64,000 nucleotides of DNA from Candidatus Eiseniibacteriota bacterium (GTDB taxonomy: Bacteria > Eisenbacteria > RBG-16-71-46 > SZUA-252), in the NCBI GenBank assembly GCA_963703225.1, contig OY969801.1, positions 2,720,001 through 2,784,000 of the forward strand. Direction: 5' to 3'. This document shows positions 10,174 to 19,783 of this stretch, piece after piece (the first letter of the stretch is position 1; every line of letters starts with the position of its first letter). Position numbers and translations under genes: made by a program. The notes below the pieces were generated by a model. That model had not been told where the DNA came from and did not search any database. It worked only from the letters and a program-made list of their open reading frames with translations.

Positions 10174-11364
10174 TCACGGCGCGGTCGTGGAACCCAGGAA
10201 CGCGGCGACGGCGGATTCGTATCGGGCCCGATCCAAGCTCCAGCTCTCGAGGTGGCGGGCACCCCGGAATCGCTCGAGCGTGACGAGCCGGGGCCGCGCC
10301 TCCGTCAGCGCGACGCTTCCCTCGAAGGGAACCACGTCGTCCTCGTCGCCATGGAAGACGAGGAGCGGCGCATGGAGTCGGTCGGCTCTTGTGACGAGCG
10401 CCGCATAGTCGCTCCACTTCATGCCGAAGCGGATCGACGCGAGGGTCTTGCCAAGCGCGCCGGAACCGGGGGGGAGCGGCGTGCCGACCCGCGGCAGGCG
10501 GGCCAGCCGAATGCCGAGGTCGACCGTGCGACCGAAGTCGACTACCGGAGAGTCGAGAACCGCGCCGCGGACGAGCGCCGCGAGCCGCGATTGCTCGAGG
10601 AAGCTGAGCACGATTCCGCCGCCCATGCTGTATCCCACCAGGACGAATCGGGTCGCGCCGCGCGCGATCGCGTATCGGCAGGCCGACTCGAGGTCCTCCC
10701 ACTCCGTAAGGCCGTAGTGATACTCCCCGTCCAGGCTCTGGGGGCCGCCCGGATCGTTGCGGTAGGTGATGACGAGGCACGGAAGACCCCGGCCCGCGTA
10801 GAGGCGCAGCGTGGAGAGCGCCTGAGTGCGGTTCGCTCCCTTTCCGTGGACGAAGATGGCCCACGTGTCGGAAGTCCCAGGAACGAGCCAAGCGGGCATC
10901 GCCCCGAGCGATGCGTGGATCGAAACGGTTTGGTACTCGAGACCGCAAGCCCGCATCGGATCGCTGCGCGCCGGCTCCACGGGGAGATCGACAGGGGTCC
11001 CGGGGCCCAGCTTCCCCTCTCCAATGACGAGGCTCCTCGTAAAGCCCGAGGCGGATATCGCGCGCAACGCCCCTACGGTGCCCCATCCCGCGCGCCACCG
11101 CAAACCCCACAACGGCCCCCGGCGGACCCGGATTGAATCGTCGGCGACCGGGCGCAGGGTCACCGCGCTGTCCCCCACGGCTTGGACAACGGCGTCGTCG
11201 CACGCCGGTGGCCCATGATCGTATGCCGCGCGCAGAGCCTCATTTCCAATCCGATTGGAGACGTGCCAGGCGATGGCGCCGTAGAGGACGGCCGTCAGAG
11301 CGAGCGCTGAGCCGAGAGCCGGCGTAACGAGCGATTGTCGTTTTGCGGGCGCTCGCGGGGTCAA
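10174..11364 (-). CDS. Membrane-anchored alpha/beta hydrolase
   Basis: N-terminal TM; FVHGKG oxyanion motif; GYSMGG nucleophile elbow; HGDEDDVVP Asp; ARHLES His. Confidence 0.88.
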   Translation of the reverse strand: MTPRAPAKRQSLVTPALGSALALTAVLYGAIAWHVSNRIGNEALRAAYDHGPPACDDAVVQAVGDSAVTLRPVADDSIRVRRGPLWGLRWRAGWGTVGALRAISASGFTRSLVIGEGKLGPGTPVDLPVEPARSDPMRACGLEYQTVSIHASLGAMPAWLVPGTSDTWAIFVHGKGANRTQALSTLRLYAGRGLPCLVITYRNDPGGPQSLDGEYHYGLTEWEDLESACRYAIARGATRFVLVGYSMGGGIVLSFLEQSRLAALVRGAVLDSPVVDFGRTVDLGIRLARLPRVGTPLPPGSGALGKTLASIRFGMKWSDYAALVTRADRLHAPLLVFHGDEDDVVPFEGSVALTEARPRLVTLERFRGARHLESWSLDRARYESAVAAFLGSTTAP

Positions 11365-13346
11365 GCCGCGTCCCTCCGGGGCTTGACATCAGCCTGTTCG
11401 GCGGCGCGAAGCACCGCCGTCCCCTCCGGATCTCCCGGGACGAGGTAACAGAGCCTCCGCGCGTACCAGGCCGCCTGAGCCTGCGCCCCTTCGATCTGAA
11501 AGTGTCGCATGATCCATCGAATCGCGTCCGGATCGGACGCCGAGAGCCCGAAGGCCTCGAACGCCGCCAGGTCGAGCCGCTCGCTCGAGCTGGCCTCTGT
11601 CAGGAACGGCTTCAGCGACCAGAGGGCGTCCTCTTTCGTGAGTACCGGGAGATCGGCCAATAGCCTGGTGGCCCGCTCGCGTTGACCCGCGGCCAGAAGG
11701 ATCATCGCGGACACGCGCTGAACGAAGGATCGATTGGGTCCGGATTCCGCCTGGGCGAGACTCTGCACGATACGGACGGCCCGTTCGGTATCACCGCTGG
11801 CCGCCACGGCGCGGGCGTAGTTCACGATGGGTCTGCCGACTTCGGGTAGATCGGGCCGATAGGAAGTGGACGCGCGGATGCGCCGGGTGTCGGGTTCGAT
11901 CCAGATCACGTCGAGGTCGGTCGTGACTCGAACGAGGCACTCCGACGAGGCGTTCGGCAATCGCTTCAGCGTCGTGACGGTCTGGAGCGTCGGATCACGG
12001 TACCAGACTCGAAGGGCCTGCCCTTCGACCAATGTGCTGTAGATCCCTCGAACGCCGGTCGAGGAGACCGATACGATGACCTGGCTACCCTTTGGAATGC
12101 TCGGCAGTACAGATTTGAAATTGGATCGCACCGTGCGCACGGAGTTTGCTGCGTCGACGAGCACCCGCTCGGTCCAGACCGGCTCCTCTACCGCTCGAAT
12201 TCCGCGATATCGGACCCCGAGAAGCAGGAAGATCGTGAGCGCCGCGATCGCCACGACCGTCCGCTGACGAGCGAGGACGGGACCAAGCACGATTGCGAAG
12301 GCCGCCGCCGGAAAGAAGGCGAAGTAGGGGGCCCAGTGCCGAATGAGCACGGTGGGCATGAAGAGCGTCGGAATTCCAAAGAGGGCCGCGATCAGCGCGA
12401 GACGCGAGAACGCTAACGGCTTCGCGTGGCCTTCGGCTGGCCGCCGGCGCTCCAAGAGCAGGAGACCCCCCACCAAGAGCGCCAGCGCCGCGATTCCATA
12501 TCCGACTCGGTCATCCCACCACGACACCCGCAGCCCCTGCGGGGGAAGGTTGACGAGCGTCGTGAGATATCGACCCAGGTAGAGCCCCCAGCGCTCCGGG
12601 TGCTCGATCCCCACGTACCCGGTCGCGCCGCTCAGGAATCCGCGACCTGCGAGATGCCGGATGCCGGGGTGGATCAGCGCCCATGCGGCAGCGACGCCTG
12701 CGTACGCGCCGATTTGAAACCATGGACGCCTCGCGGGGCGGCCGACAAGCCAATCCCAGAAGACGAGAACCGGAAACGCAGCGATGGCGGGCTCCTTGCA
12801 GAGCACCGCGGCGGCCGCGCAGGCGAGCGCGGCGACATCCTTCTTCTCTTGGCGGAGCAGAAACGCCGCCAGCACGAGAGTGACGGCGAGCAGGTCCTGG
12901 TCGCAGCTGACCCACGCCACGAGGCTCGGCACGAGGCCGTAGCTCGCCAAGATCAACCCCGCGTACTGCCCCGCTCGCGCGCCGGAGAGTCGCGTGATCA
13001 ACAGCACGAGGATCGTGACCGCGCAGGCCAGGGTGCCGAGGTTCAGCACGTGACCCACGATCCCGGATGCGGGATCCACGATGCGGAGGAAGAGGAAGTA
13101 GAGCCCCTGCGAGATCGGCCGGTAGAACGCCGTGTGGGGATCCGGGAGGAGATAGGACCGGTAGTCGCCCTGTGCCCGAAACGTCAGGAAGTAGTAGTCG
13201 TCCCAGAAGTAGCCGAGAGAAAGAGACGGGATGGAGAGGACTGCCGCGACCACGGCCGGAAAGAATGGTCGCCAGCGGTCCAAAGCCTGGGGGTGGGTCG
13301 GGAGACGCTTGGTCGGCCTCGGCCGGAGGCCGTGCTTCCCACGCAT
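11361..13346 (-). CDS. GT-C fold membrane protein with TMTC-like motifs and a C-terminal helical/TPR-like domain
   Basis: YFWDDYYF, FYRPIS, GHVLNL and LCKEPAI motifs in a polytopic N-terminal region; helical C-terminal region; ATG at 13346 preceded by TATAGT. Confidence 0.7.
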   Translation of the reverse strand: MRGKHGLRPRPTKRLPTHPQALDRWRPFFPAVVAAVLSIPSLSLGYFWDDYYFLTFRAQGDYRSYLLPDPHTAFYRPISQGLYFLFLRIVDPASGIVGHVLNLGTLACAVTILVLLITRLSGARAGQYAGLILASYGLVPSLVAWVSCDQDLLAVTLVLAAFLLRQEKKDVAALACAAAAVLCKEPAIAAFPVLVFWDWLVGRPARRPWFQIGAYAGVAAAWALIHPGIRHLAGRGFLSGATGYVGIEHPERWGLYLGRYLTTLVNLPPQGLRVSWWDDRVGYGIAALALLVGGLLLLERRRPAEGHAKPLAFSRLALIAALFGIPTLFMPTVLIRHWAPYFAFFPAAAFAIVLGPVLARQRTVVAIAALTIFLLLGVRYRGIRAVEEPVWTERVLVDAANSVRTVRSNFKSVLPSIPKGSQVIVSVSSTGVRGIYSTLVEGQALRVWYRDPTLQTVTTLKRLPNASSECLVRVTTDLDVIWIEPDTRRIRASTSYRPDLPEVGRPIVNYARAVAASGDTERAVRIVQSLAQAESGPNRSFVQRVSAMILLAAGQRERATRLLADLPVLTKEDALWSLKPFLTEASSSERLDLAAFEAFGLSASDPDAIRWIMRHFQIEGAQAQAAWYARRLCYLVPGDPEGTAVLRAAEQADVKPRRDAA

Positions 13347-13520
13347 GGGGCCACTATACGGTATTGGGCGTGTACTTCCCCGAGAGGCGAAACAGGGGGC
13401 CCGGCCCGCTGGATCTTTTACTTTGGCTGGGCATTCATGCAATTCAAAACGAGTTGTGGATTGTGGCCCAATCCAGCCACGGCCATTCGCTGGAAGTCGC
13501 TATGCAGGGCCTTCTTCCAG

Positions 13521-13549
13521 TTGCTTGGGCCGGCCAAATGTGGCATACT
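13521..13549 (+). promoter_or_regulatory. Sigma70-type promoter of the S8 peptidase gene
   Basis: TTGCTT-N17-CATACT with extended -10 TG. Confidence 0.55.
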
Positions 13550-13664
13550 AGGTGCGTTGGTTTAGCAGCGGCAACTGCCCGAGATTCTGCGCGGGGCGCC
13601 CCGGTGCCAAGAGGCGCCGTCTACGGGACGCACCACAGGACGTGGGCTCCCCACTGAGGAAAAC

Positions 13665-16652
13665 TTGAAGCAATGCGCTTGGCCAGCCATCGGGGCCACG
13701 GCCCTAGGCCGAACACCATCCATCTCGCTGATCATGCTGGCGGCGTGGGTTTCCCTGTGCTCGGCTGCCCCGGCCCCCGCTCCGTGGGAAGCCGGGGTCT
13801 TGTCCGCCTACCGGGGACGGGAGCCTCGCCAAGAGCCGGTACTGACGCCCGGTGCGATTGCCGCCTTCCAGCAAGGCGAGCGAGCCACCCTGTGGGTCTA
13901 CTTCTCGGATAAGGGCGAGGCCGACGCCGCGAGCTTCGCTCGAAGCGTGGCCCAGGCTGGGGCGCGTGTCTCACCGGAGTCGCAGGCGCGCCGCGCGCGA
14001 GTGGCCCGCGGCCGGTTCATTCCCGATTATTCCGATGTGCCAACGCTCCCTCGCTATGTGCGGGGGGTGGAAATGGCCGGCGCTCAGATCAGACACGTGT
14101 CACGGTGGCTCAACGCCGTGAGCGTGGAAGTGGATGAAGGCGACGCGCGCCGAATCGCCGCGCTGCCGTACGTTGAGCGGATTTCGCCGGTGATGCGGAC
14201 CGAGTCGGCGTCCGGGCCACCAGGCGATTACGGGAATTCACTGACTCAGAATCTGGGGATCAATGCCGTCGCCGCCCATGATTCCGGCTACAGCGCGGCA
14301 GGGGTTGTGATCGCGGTGTTCGATACAGGATTTCGAAAGGACCATCTCGCGCTGGCTCCGCTGAAGCGCATCGCCGAATGGGACTTCGTCCAATCCGACG
14401 GAGAGACGGCCAACCAAGCCGGCGACGATCCGGACCAATGGGTCCATGGGACCGGGGTCTGGTCCATCGTCGGCGGCTATCTGCCTGGAAAACTCATCGG
14501 ACCGTCCTACAACGCATCGTTCGTCTTGGCGAAGACCAGGAGCATCATCCCCAACGGGGCGTCGGACGAAGACCATTGGGTCGCGGCCGCGCAATGGGCG
14601 GACAGCATCGGAATCGACATCCTCTCCACCTCGCATGTGGCCTACTACGACCTCCCGGACAAGGACGGAAAGAGAACCCCCATGGCGATCGCGACGAACA
14701 CCTTGACGCGCCACGGTGTATTGGTCGTGTCTGCGATGGGAAATTCCGGTCCTGACCCGGGCTCGCTTTGGACGCCCTCCGACTGCGACAGCATCCTGGC
14801 GGTCGGGATGGTTGATGAGTCCAATCAGATTTCGCCCTTTTCCTCTCGCGGCCCGACGCTGGATGGTCGAGGCAAGCCCGACCTCGTAGCCCAGGGCGTC
14901 GACACCTACTGGGCCAATCCCATCTGTGCCGACTGCGTGACCGGCTACCTTGGGACCTCACTCGCAACGCCGCTTGTAGCCGGTGCCGCGGGGCTCGTCC
15001 AAGAGGCGCATCCAGAGTGGACCTCCCAGCAAGTCCGCTACGCGCTCAAGTCAACCGCGGACAAAGCAAGCGCACCGGACAGCACCACCTACGGCTGGGG
15101 GAGACCCAATGTCGTCAAGGCCATCTACAACTCGACGCTGGGCAAACCCATTTTCCCGAAACCCTTCACCCTGCTTCTACCGCCACCGGGGAGCGTGGTC
15201 GCCGGGTCACCCGTGACGTTCCGGTGGCGGCGCGCCATCGATCTCAGCCCCGGAGACGTCGTGAGCTACGCGATCCAGCTCAAGAAGGTCTCCCCGAGCG
15301 TGGTTGTCTTCTCCACCTCGACGCCGGACACGTTCGTCACCTACGCCGGCGCCCTCGCTTCGGGCACGCTGTACGAATGGTCCGTCGTCGCCACCGACCT
15401 TGCGAGTCACGCGCGACCCTGCGCCGAGCCCTTCCGGTTCACCACCGCGGGCGGCCTCGACCATGCGCCGACGGTGAGCGCCCCGGCCACCGCCGGCGGC
15501 CCCGAGAACGCGCTCCTCTCGTTCACGGTGACCGCCACGGACCAGGACGGAAATGCGATTTCCACTCTGACCGCCGCTCCGCTGCCGGCGGGGGCGACGT
15601 TTTCGTCGAACGGAGCCCACACTTCCGCAGTCTTCACTTGGACTCCCAGCTTCACCCAGGCGGGAACGTACGATGTGACCTTCACCGCCTCCAATGCCCT
15701 CTCGGGCCTGGCGACGACGACGATCACGGTAACCAATGTGGACCTCGGCCCAGAGGTAACGGCGCCCGCGACGGTGGCGGGAAATGCCGGCGCCGCTCTG
15801 TCGTTCACCGTCACCGCTTCCGATCCCGACGGCGACGCGATCGCATCGCTGACGGCGGACACCTCTTCGCTGCCGTCGGGGCATGACGCCCAATTGGCTT
15901 CCAACCCGGCCAACACCTCCGGTACGTTCACCTGGAATCCCACGCCGTCGGACAGCGGCACGTACGTGGTGGCGTTTACCGCGGCGAACGCCCTCTCGGG
16001 CTTCGCATCAACGTCGATTCAGCTGGCCGGGCCCAGTCCGGCTCCTTCGATCGGAGCCCCCGTGGACACCACCGGCCTCGAAGGTTCCGCCATCATCCTG
16101 ACGGCAACGTCCACGGACCCCGACGCGTCGGAGCTATTGACGATTTCGGTGACGGGCGCGCCAGCCAGCCTCACGCTTTCACATACGCCGTCCTTCTCAT
16201 TCGCGACGGCGACCCTCAGTGGCACTCTCACCCCTGCGGACGCGGCGGCCACTCCCCACAGCATCATCTGGAGCGTGAACGACGGCAGCGGAGGCGCCGC
16301 GAACGCGACGACGACCTTGCACGTGGCCTATGCCACCGCGGTGCAGATTCCCGACGAATCCACGGGACCGCCCCGGGTGGTTCACTTCGGCAATCAGCCC
16401 AACCCATTCCAGGCTGCCACGCAGATCGAATTCCGCATTCAGGGCCGGCCCGCCGGGCCCCTTGCCCTGCGGATCTACGACATCCGCGGTCGTCTCGTGC
16501 GAACCTTGCTGGAGCGGCCCACCGGGGCAACCGCATCGGTCCCGTGGGACGGAACGACCGATTCCGGCGTCCGTGTTTCGTCTGGCGTCTACTATTACCG
16601 CCTCGAGATGGGAAATATCCGGATGGTCCGCCGCTTGGTCTTGTTGAAATAG
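13665..16652 (+). CDS. Secreted S8 (subtilisin-like) serine peptidase with FN3-like and cadherin-like Ig repeats and a C-terminal FlgD-Ig/T9SS-like domain
   Basis: Signal peptide; catalytic triad VFDTG / HGT / GTSLATP; FSSRGPT..GRGKPDLVA; repeats SFTVTA(T/S)D(Q/P)DG; C-terminal PNPF...IYDIRGRLVRTL...WDG...SGVYYYRL. Confidence 0.92.
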   Translation: MKQCAWPAIGATALGRTPSISLIMLAAWVSLCSAAPAPAPWEAGVLSAYRGREPRQEPVLTPGAIAAFQQGERATLWVYFSDKGEADAASFARSVAQAGARVSPESQARRARVARGRFIPDYSDVPTLPRYVRGVEMAGAQIRHVSRWLNAVSVEVDEGDARRIAALPYVERISPVMRTESASGPPGDYGNSLTQNLGINAVAAHDSGYSAAGVVIAVFDTGFRKDHLALAPLKRIAEWDFVQSDGETANQAGDDPDQWVHGTGVWSIVGGYLPGKLIGPSYNASFVLAKTRSIIPNGASDEDHWVAAAQWADSIGIDILSTSHVAYYDLPDKDGKRTPMAIATNTLTRHGVLVVSAMGNSGPDPGSLWTPSDCDSILAVGMVDESNQISPFSSRGPTLDGRGKPDLVAQGVDTYWANPICADCVTGYLGTSLATPLVAGAAGLVQEAHPEWTSQQVRYALKSTADKASAPDSTTYGWGRPNVVKAIYNSTLGKPIFPKPFTLLLPPPGSVVAGSPVTFRWRRAIDLSPGDVVSYAIQLKKVSPSVVVFSTSTPDTFVTYAGALASGTLYEWSVVATDLASHARPCAEPFRFTTAGGLDHAPTVSAPATAGGPENALLSFTVTATDQDGNAISTLTAAPLPAGATFSSNGAHTSAVFTWTPSFTQAGTYDVTFTASNALSGLATTTITVTNVDLGPEVTAPATVAGNAGAALSFTVTASDPDGDAIASLTADTSSLPSGHDAQLASNPANTSGTFTWNPTPSDSGTYVVAFTAANALSGFASTSIQLAGPSPAPSIGAPVDTTGLEGSAIILTATSTDPDASELLTISVTGAPASLTLSHTPSFSFATATLSGTLTPADAAATPHSIIWSVNDGSGGAANATTTLHVAYATAVQIPDESTGPPRVVHFGNQPNPFQAATQIEFRIQGRPAGPLALRIYDIRGRLVRTLLERPTGATASVPWDGTTDSGVRVSSGVYYYRLEMGNIRMVRRLVLLK

Positions 16653-16654
16653 CC

Positions 16655-17566
16655 TCAGGGCCGGCGCCGCGCACCTTTCGTGGCCGCCGCCGTTGACCGC
16701 CCTTCAGCAATTGCTCGCGCGCGAGCGAAGAGTCTTGGACGACCCCACCCCTCCGCGAGCGCTTCGAATCCTGGTTTCGGTCCGCGATACTCCAGCTCAT
16801 CCACCGTCACGACGGGTTGATCGGTCCGGAGCGTCGCGAGCGTCCGGAACAAGATCGCCTCGTCCTGCCGCTCCCGGAGGGTTTGGGCGAGCTTGTCCGC
16901 ACCCCGCATCGTCACCTTCCAATCGGCGGATGATTCGGGGATTTTCTCAAGGTGGCGATACTTCGCCAGGACCGCTGACGCCGACTTGGGGCCCCACCCC
17001 GGCAGGCCGGGAAACCCATCGGCACTGTCCCCGACGAGGGCGAGGTAGTCGGGGATCGAGGCAGGCGCCACGCCGAATTTCTCGATGACGCCGCTCTCGT
17101 TACGGACCTCGCCGGTGCGCCGATCGAGCTGCACGACGCGAGCGCCGCGGACGCACTGCGCGAGGTCTTTGTCGGGCGTGCAGATGAACACCTGCTTCAC
17201 GCGCCTGTCGGCGGCGGCCGCGGCAGCCCCAGCGGCCAGCGCGTCGTCCGCCTCAACCTCTACCATCGGCCAGACAACGACCCCGAGCGCCCCGAGCGCG
17301 GCTTCCAAGGGCTCGAATTGGGCCCAGAGCACGGGATCGATCCCCTCGCCGGTCTTGTACCCCGCGTAGAGGTCATTCCGAAACGATTCGATGACGTGAT
17401 CGGTCGCGACACCGACGTGGGTCGCACCTCCCTCGAGCATGCCGAGGATCGACTGCACCACGCCGAGCACGGCGCCCCGCTCATCCTTTTTCGCGTCGCC
17501 GCGAGGCGGGCCCCCATAGAAATGCCGGAAGAGCTCGTACGTCCCGTCGACGAGGTGGACGTGCAT
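16655..17566 (-). CDS. Stand-alone 5'-3' exonuclease / flap endonuclease (PolI N-terminal domain-like)
   Basis: HLVDGTYELFR, SFRNDLYAGYK, VEADDAL, TPDKDLAQ, H3TH motif DYLALVGDSADGFPGLPGWGPKSA. Confidence 0.93.
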   Translation of the reverse strand: MHVHLVDGTYELFRHFYGGPPRGDAKKDERGAVLGVVQSILGMLEGGATHVGVATDHVIESFRNDLYAGYKTGEGIDPVLWAQFEPLEAALGALGVVVWPMVEVEADDALAAGAAAAAADRRVKQVFICTPDKDLAQCVRGARVVQLDRRTGEVRNESGVIEKFGVAPASIPDYLALVGDSADGFPGLPGWGPKSASAVLAKYRHLEKIPESSADWKVTMRGADKLAQTLRERQDEAILFRTLATLRTDQPVVTVDELEYRGPKPGFEALAEGWGRPRLFARARAIAEGRSTAAATKGARRRP

Positions 17567-17603
17567 GGCTAGGCGCAGGTTGCGGTGTCGTTTGAGCGGG
17601 GGG

Positions 17604-17981
17604 CTACCTTGAAGTGCGACTCTTCGCCGCTCCCGAGCGCGCGAGGTGCTTGTCCAGCGTGAGAATGACTTCCTGGGGAGAGCGGCCTGATTCCTGGATC
17701 GCGCGGAGCAGCGCACGCACTCCCGGAGTCGATGCCACCCAATCGCGGGTCGTCGGATCCACGCCCGTGACGAGCAGCTCGAGCGATTCGAAGGTCGCGC
17801 CGACGGGACGCAACTCCTCCGCAATCCTCCGGAGGAGCTCCTCGGAAGGGCGCCGCCTGTTGTGCTCGATGTCGGAGAGATGAGCGGCCGAGACGCCGAG
17901 AATTCCGGCGAACCCGCGGAGTGTGATGTCCGCTTGCAAGCGGAGGCGCCGAATTCTCTCTCCCAGTTGTACGGCCTTCAT
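17604..17981 (-). CDS. XRE-family helix-turn-helix transcriptional regulator
   Basis: LGERIRRLRLQADITLRGFAGILGVSAAHLSDIEHNRRRPS. Confidence 0.9.
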   Translation of the reverse strand: MKAVQLGERIRRLRLQADITLRGFAGILGVSAAHLSDIEHNRRRPSEELLRRIAEELRPVGATFESLELLVTGVDPTTRDWVASTPGVRALLRAIQESGRSPQEVILTLDKHLARSGAAKSRTSR

Positions 17982-17988
17982 GTAACGG

Positions 17989-18017
17989 ATGTTAGCTAAC
18001 CATGCTAACAACGTCAA
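17989..18017 (-). promoter_or_regulatory. Leaderless sigma70 promoter of the XRE gene with overlapping operator-like repeats
   Basis: Minus strand TTGACG-N17-TAACAT-N7-ATG; contains the palindrome GTTAGCTAAC and the inverted pair TGTTAGC/GCTAACA. Confidence 0.75.
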
Positions 18018-18158
18018 GGAAGATTCTGGGCCGGTCCCCACTCCCCGCGCCGCTCGTTCCCTGAGGTTGGGAGGGTGCGGACACAACTTGAAGGTAACAT
18101 CCCTACAATGGGTTAGGGACGGGCGCCACGATCGAAAATCTCGTGGTCCCTGTACGGG

Positions 18159-18356
18159 TCAGGGGGTTGCTTCATCCGAGGGAACGTCGGCAGCCGTTTC
18201 TTCCTCGGGGGGCGAGGGAGATTCCACGAGAGGAGCGGCCTCCGCCTTCTGCGCCTGCCTGCGAGCGTGGCGCGCGTCACGCTTCTCCGCGGCCCTGGCG
18301 AGCCGTTTCTGCTCCTTCAGCTTCTTGGTAAAGGACGGTCGTTTGATTCCAGCCAT
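18159..18356 (-). CDS. Small (65 aa) protein with a basic N-terminus and an acidic C-terminus
   Basis: Strong SD AAAGGAG before ATG 18356; upstream TACAAT -10-like hexamer; MAGIKRPSFTKKLKEQKRLARAAEKR... Confidence 0.75.
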   Translation of the reverse strand: MAGIKRPSFTKKLKEQKRLARAAEKRDARHARRQAQKAEAAPLVESPSPPEEETAADVPSDEATP

Positions 18357-18436
18357 GCCTGCTCCTTTCGCCTTGACCCGTTCGAGAATGACCCCTATCG
18401 CGGGTATCATTGTACAGGATGGCGGGCTGATCCGCC

Positions 18437-19717
18437 TCACTCCCCCACGCTCTCAGCCGCCTCCAGGGCCGGATCCCGGCCGGCCGCGTAGTCGCGGAAT
18501 CTCAGGGTCGCCGGCACACCCACTTCGATGTACGGTCGCATGTCCCGCGGGTCCGATTGCTGCCAGTAGAGGCTCGAGACTCGGACGGTTAGGCGGCTGT
18601 TCGGCAGGACGATCTTCTTCGAATCTCCGTACGTGTTTCCCCGAGAGGAGCTCGGCTCGCCGACGAACATCGCGTCGGCGACATTCTCGAGCTGATTGAT
18701 GAGCATCTGCGCCGCCGACCACGTGCGCCGACCGGTGATCACGAGGAGCCGGCCCGGCTGGTCGTAGCGCGACTTGACGAGACTCCGAAGAATATCGCGG
18801 TTCCACGACCCGTCGCCCCCGCCATTGAGCCGGAGATCCAGGACGAAACGCTCCACCCGGGCGGAATCAGCGGCCTGCAATGCTCGCGTCAGGAACACGT
18901 TCAGCGAGTCCTCCGGTTTCTGTTGAATGGCGTTGATCTGGCAGTAGAGCGTTCGCCTCTCCGGCAAGAGTCGGTACCAGTACTTGTTTCCGATGTCGCT
19001 GAGCCACAGCGGGTCGGGCGCGCGGTCGCGGGCGTCCACCCAGCCGGGGCGCTTCTGCCATGTGCGATCGGTTTCGCCCGTAAGCATGGGGAAGAGCCCC
19101 GCGGACGTAAGCGCAGCGTCGCGACGGGCTCCCGCGATCTCGAGGCCAAAGACCGCCCGCGTCGGGTCGGATGAGAGCCCAACCGAGTGCAGAACCTCCG
19201 GCATCGTCAGGAGGATTGGCGCCCACGCTCGCACGCCCATCTCGTTGTCTCGACTGATCAGCGGCCGGACCCGTTCGATAGCCTGATCGACCGGAACGCC
19301 GCCGATGCCGACGACCCGCGCCCCGACCAGCTTCCTCTGAGCCTCGGTGGCCGCGCGCACAAAGAGACCGTCCTCGAACCAATACAGAGCCACGGGCAGC
19401 TCATGAAACGCGGCGGTGGTGTCGCGCCAGGGACTCACGTTGGAATGCCCATCGCCCACGAGCGCGTCCAACTTCTCCAGCTCAACAATCACCTGGTGAC
19501 GCGCGAGCCGTGGAAGCGTCTCGTCGACGGCCTGGACCGCGCTGTCGAACTGAGCGCGAGTCATGGAGTGGAACAGGTTCGCGTGCTTCGCCGGCATCTC
19601 CGAGTGCAGAAACGCGAGATCCTCGCGCCAGAGGCGAACCTGGGTGCTGTCCAGAGGAGCGGCGGATGCGGCGGGCGCTACGAGCGACAGGGTCACGACG
19701 AGGGCCGGTAGGCGCAC
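18437..19717 (-). CDS. Secreted S41-family (tail-specific protease-like) peptidase
   Basis: Signal peptide; WREDL..L...H; DGHS; VLDLRLNGGG; TWSAAQM; FVGEPS. Confidence 0.82.
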   Translation of the reverse strand: MRLPALVVTLSLVAPAASAAPLDSTQVRLWREDLAFLHSEMPAKHANLFHSMTRAQFDSAVQAVDETLPRLARHQVIVELEKLDALVGDGHSNVSPWRDTTAAFHELPVALYWFEDGLFVRAATEAQRKLVGARVVGIGGVPVDQAIERVRPLISRDNEMGVRAWAPILLTMPEVLHSVGLSSDPTRAVFGLEIAGARRDAALTSAGLFPMLTGETDRTWQKRPGWVDARDRAPDPLWLSDIGNKYWYRLLPERRTLYCQINAIQQKPEDSLNVFLTRALQAADSARVERFVLDLRLNGGGDGSWNRDILRSLVKSRYDQPGRLLVITGRRTWSAAQMLINQLENVADAMFVGEPSSSRGNTYGDSKKIVLPNSRLTVRVSSLYWQQSDPRDMRPYIEVGVPATLRFRDYAAGRDPALEAAESVGE

Positions 19718-19783
19718 GATTCCTCCACGATATGCGCGGGTGCTTGGCTCCTTGGATAAGGCCCGATAGGGGAACGTTGAAAC

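Noticed and set aside
17604..18017. Prophage or integrative element suggested by the repressor-like XRE
   Set aside because: No integrase, att-like repeats, structural genes or compositional shift nearby
18021..18158. Intergenic hairpins as a possible tRNA or ncRNA
   Set aside because: No cloverleaf or T-loop and no recognisable family; more simply 3'-end structures of the small-protein transcript
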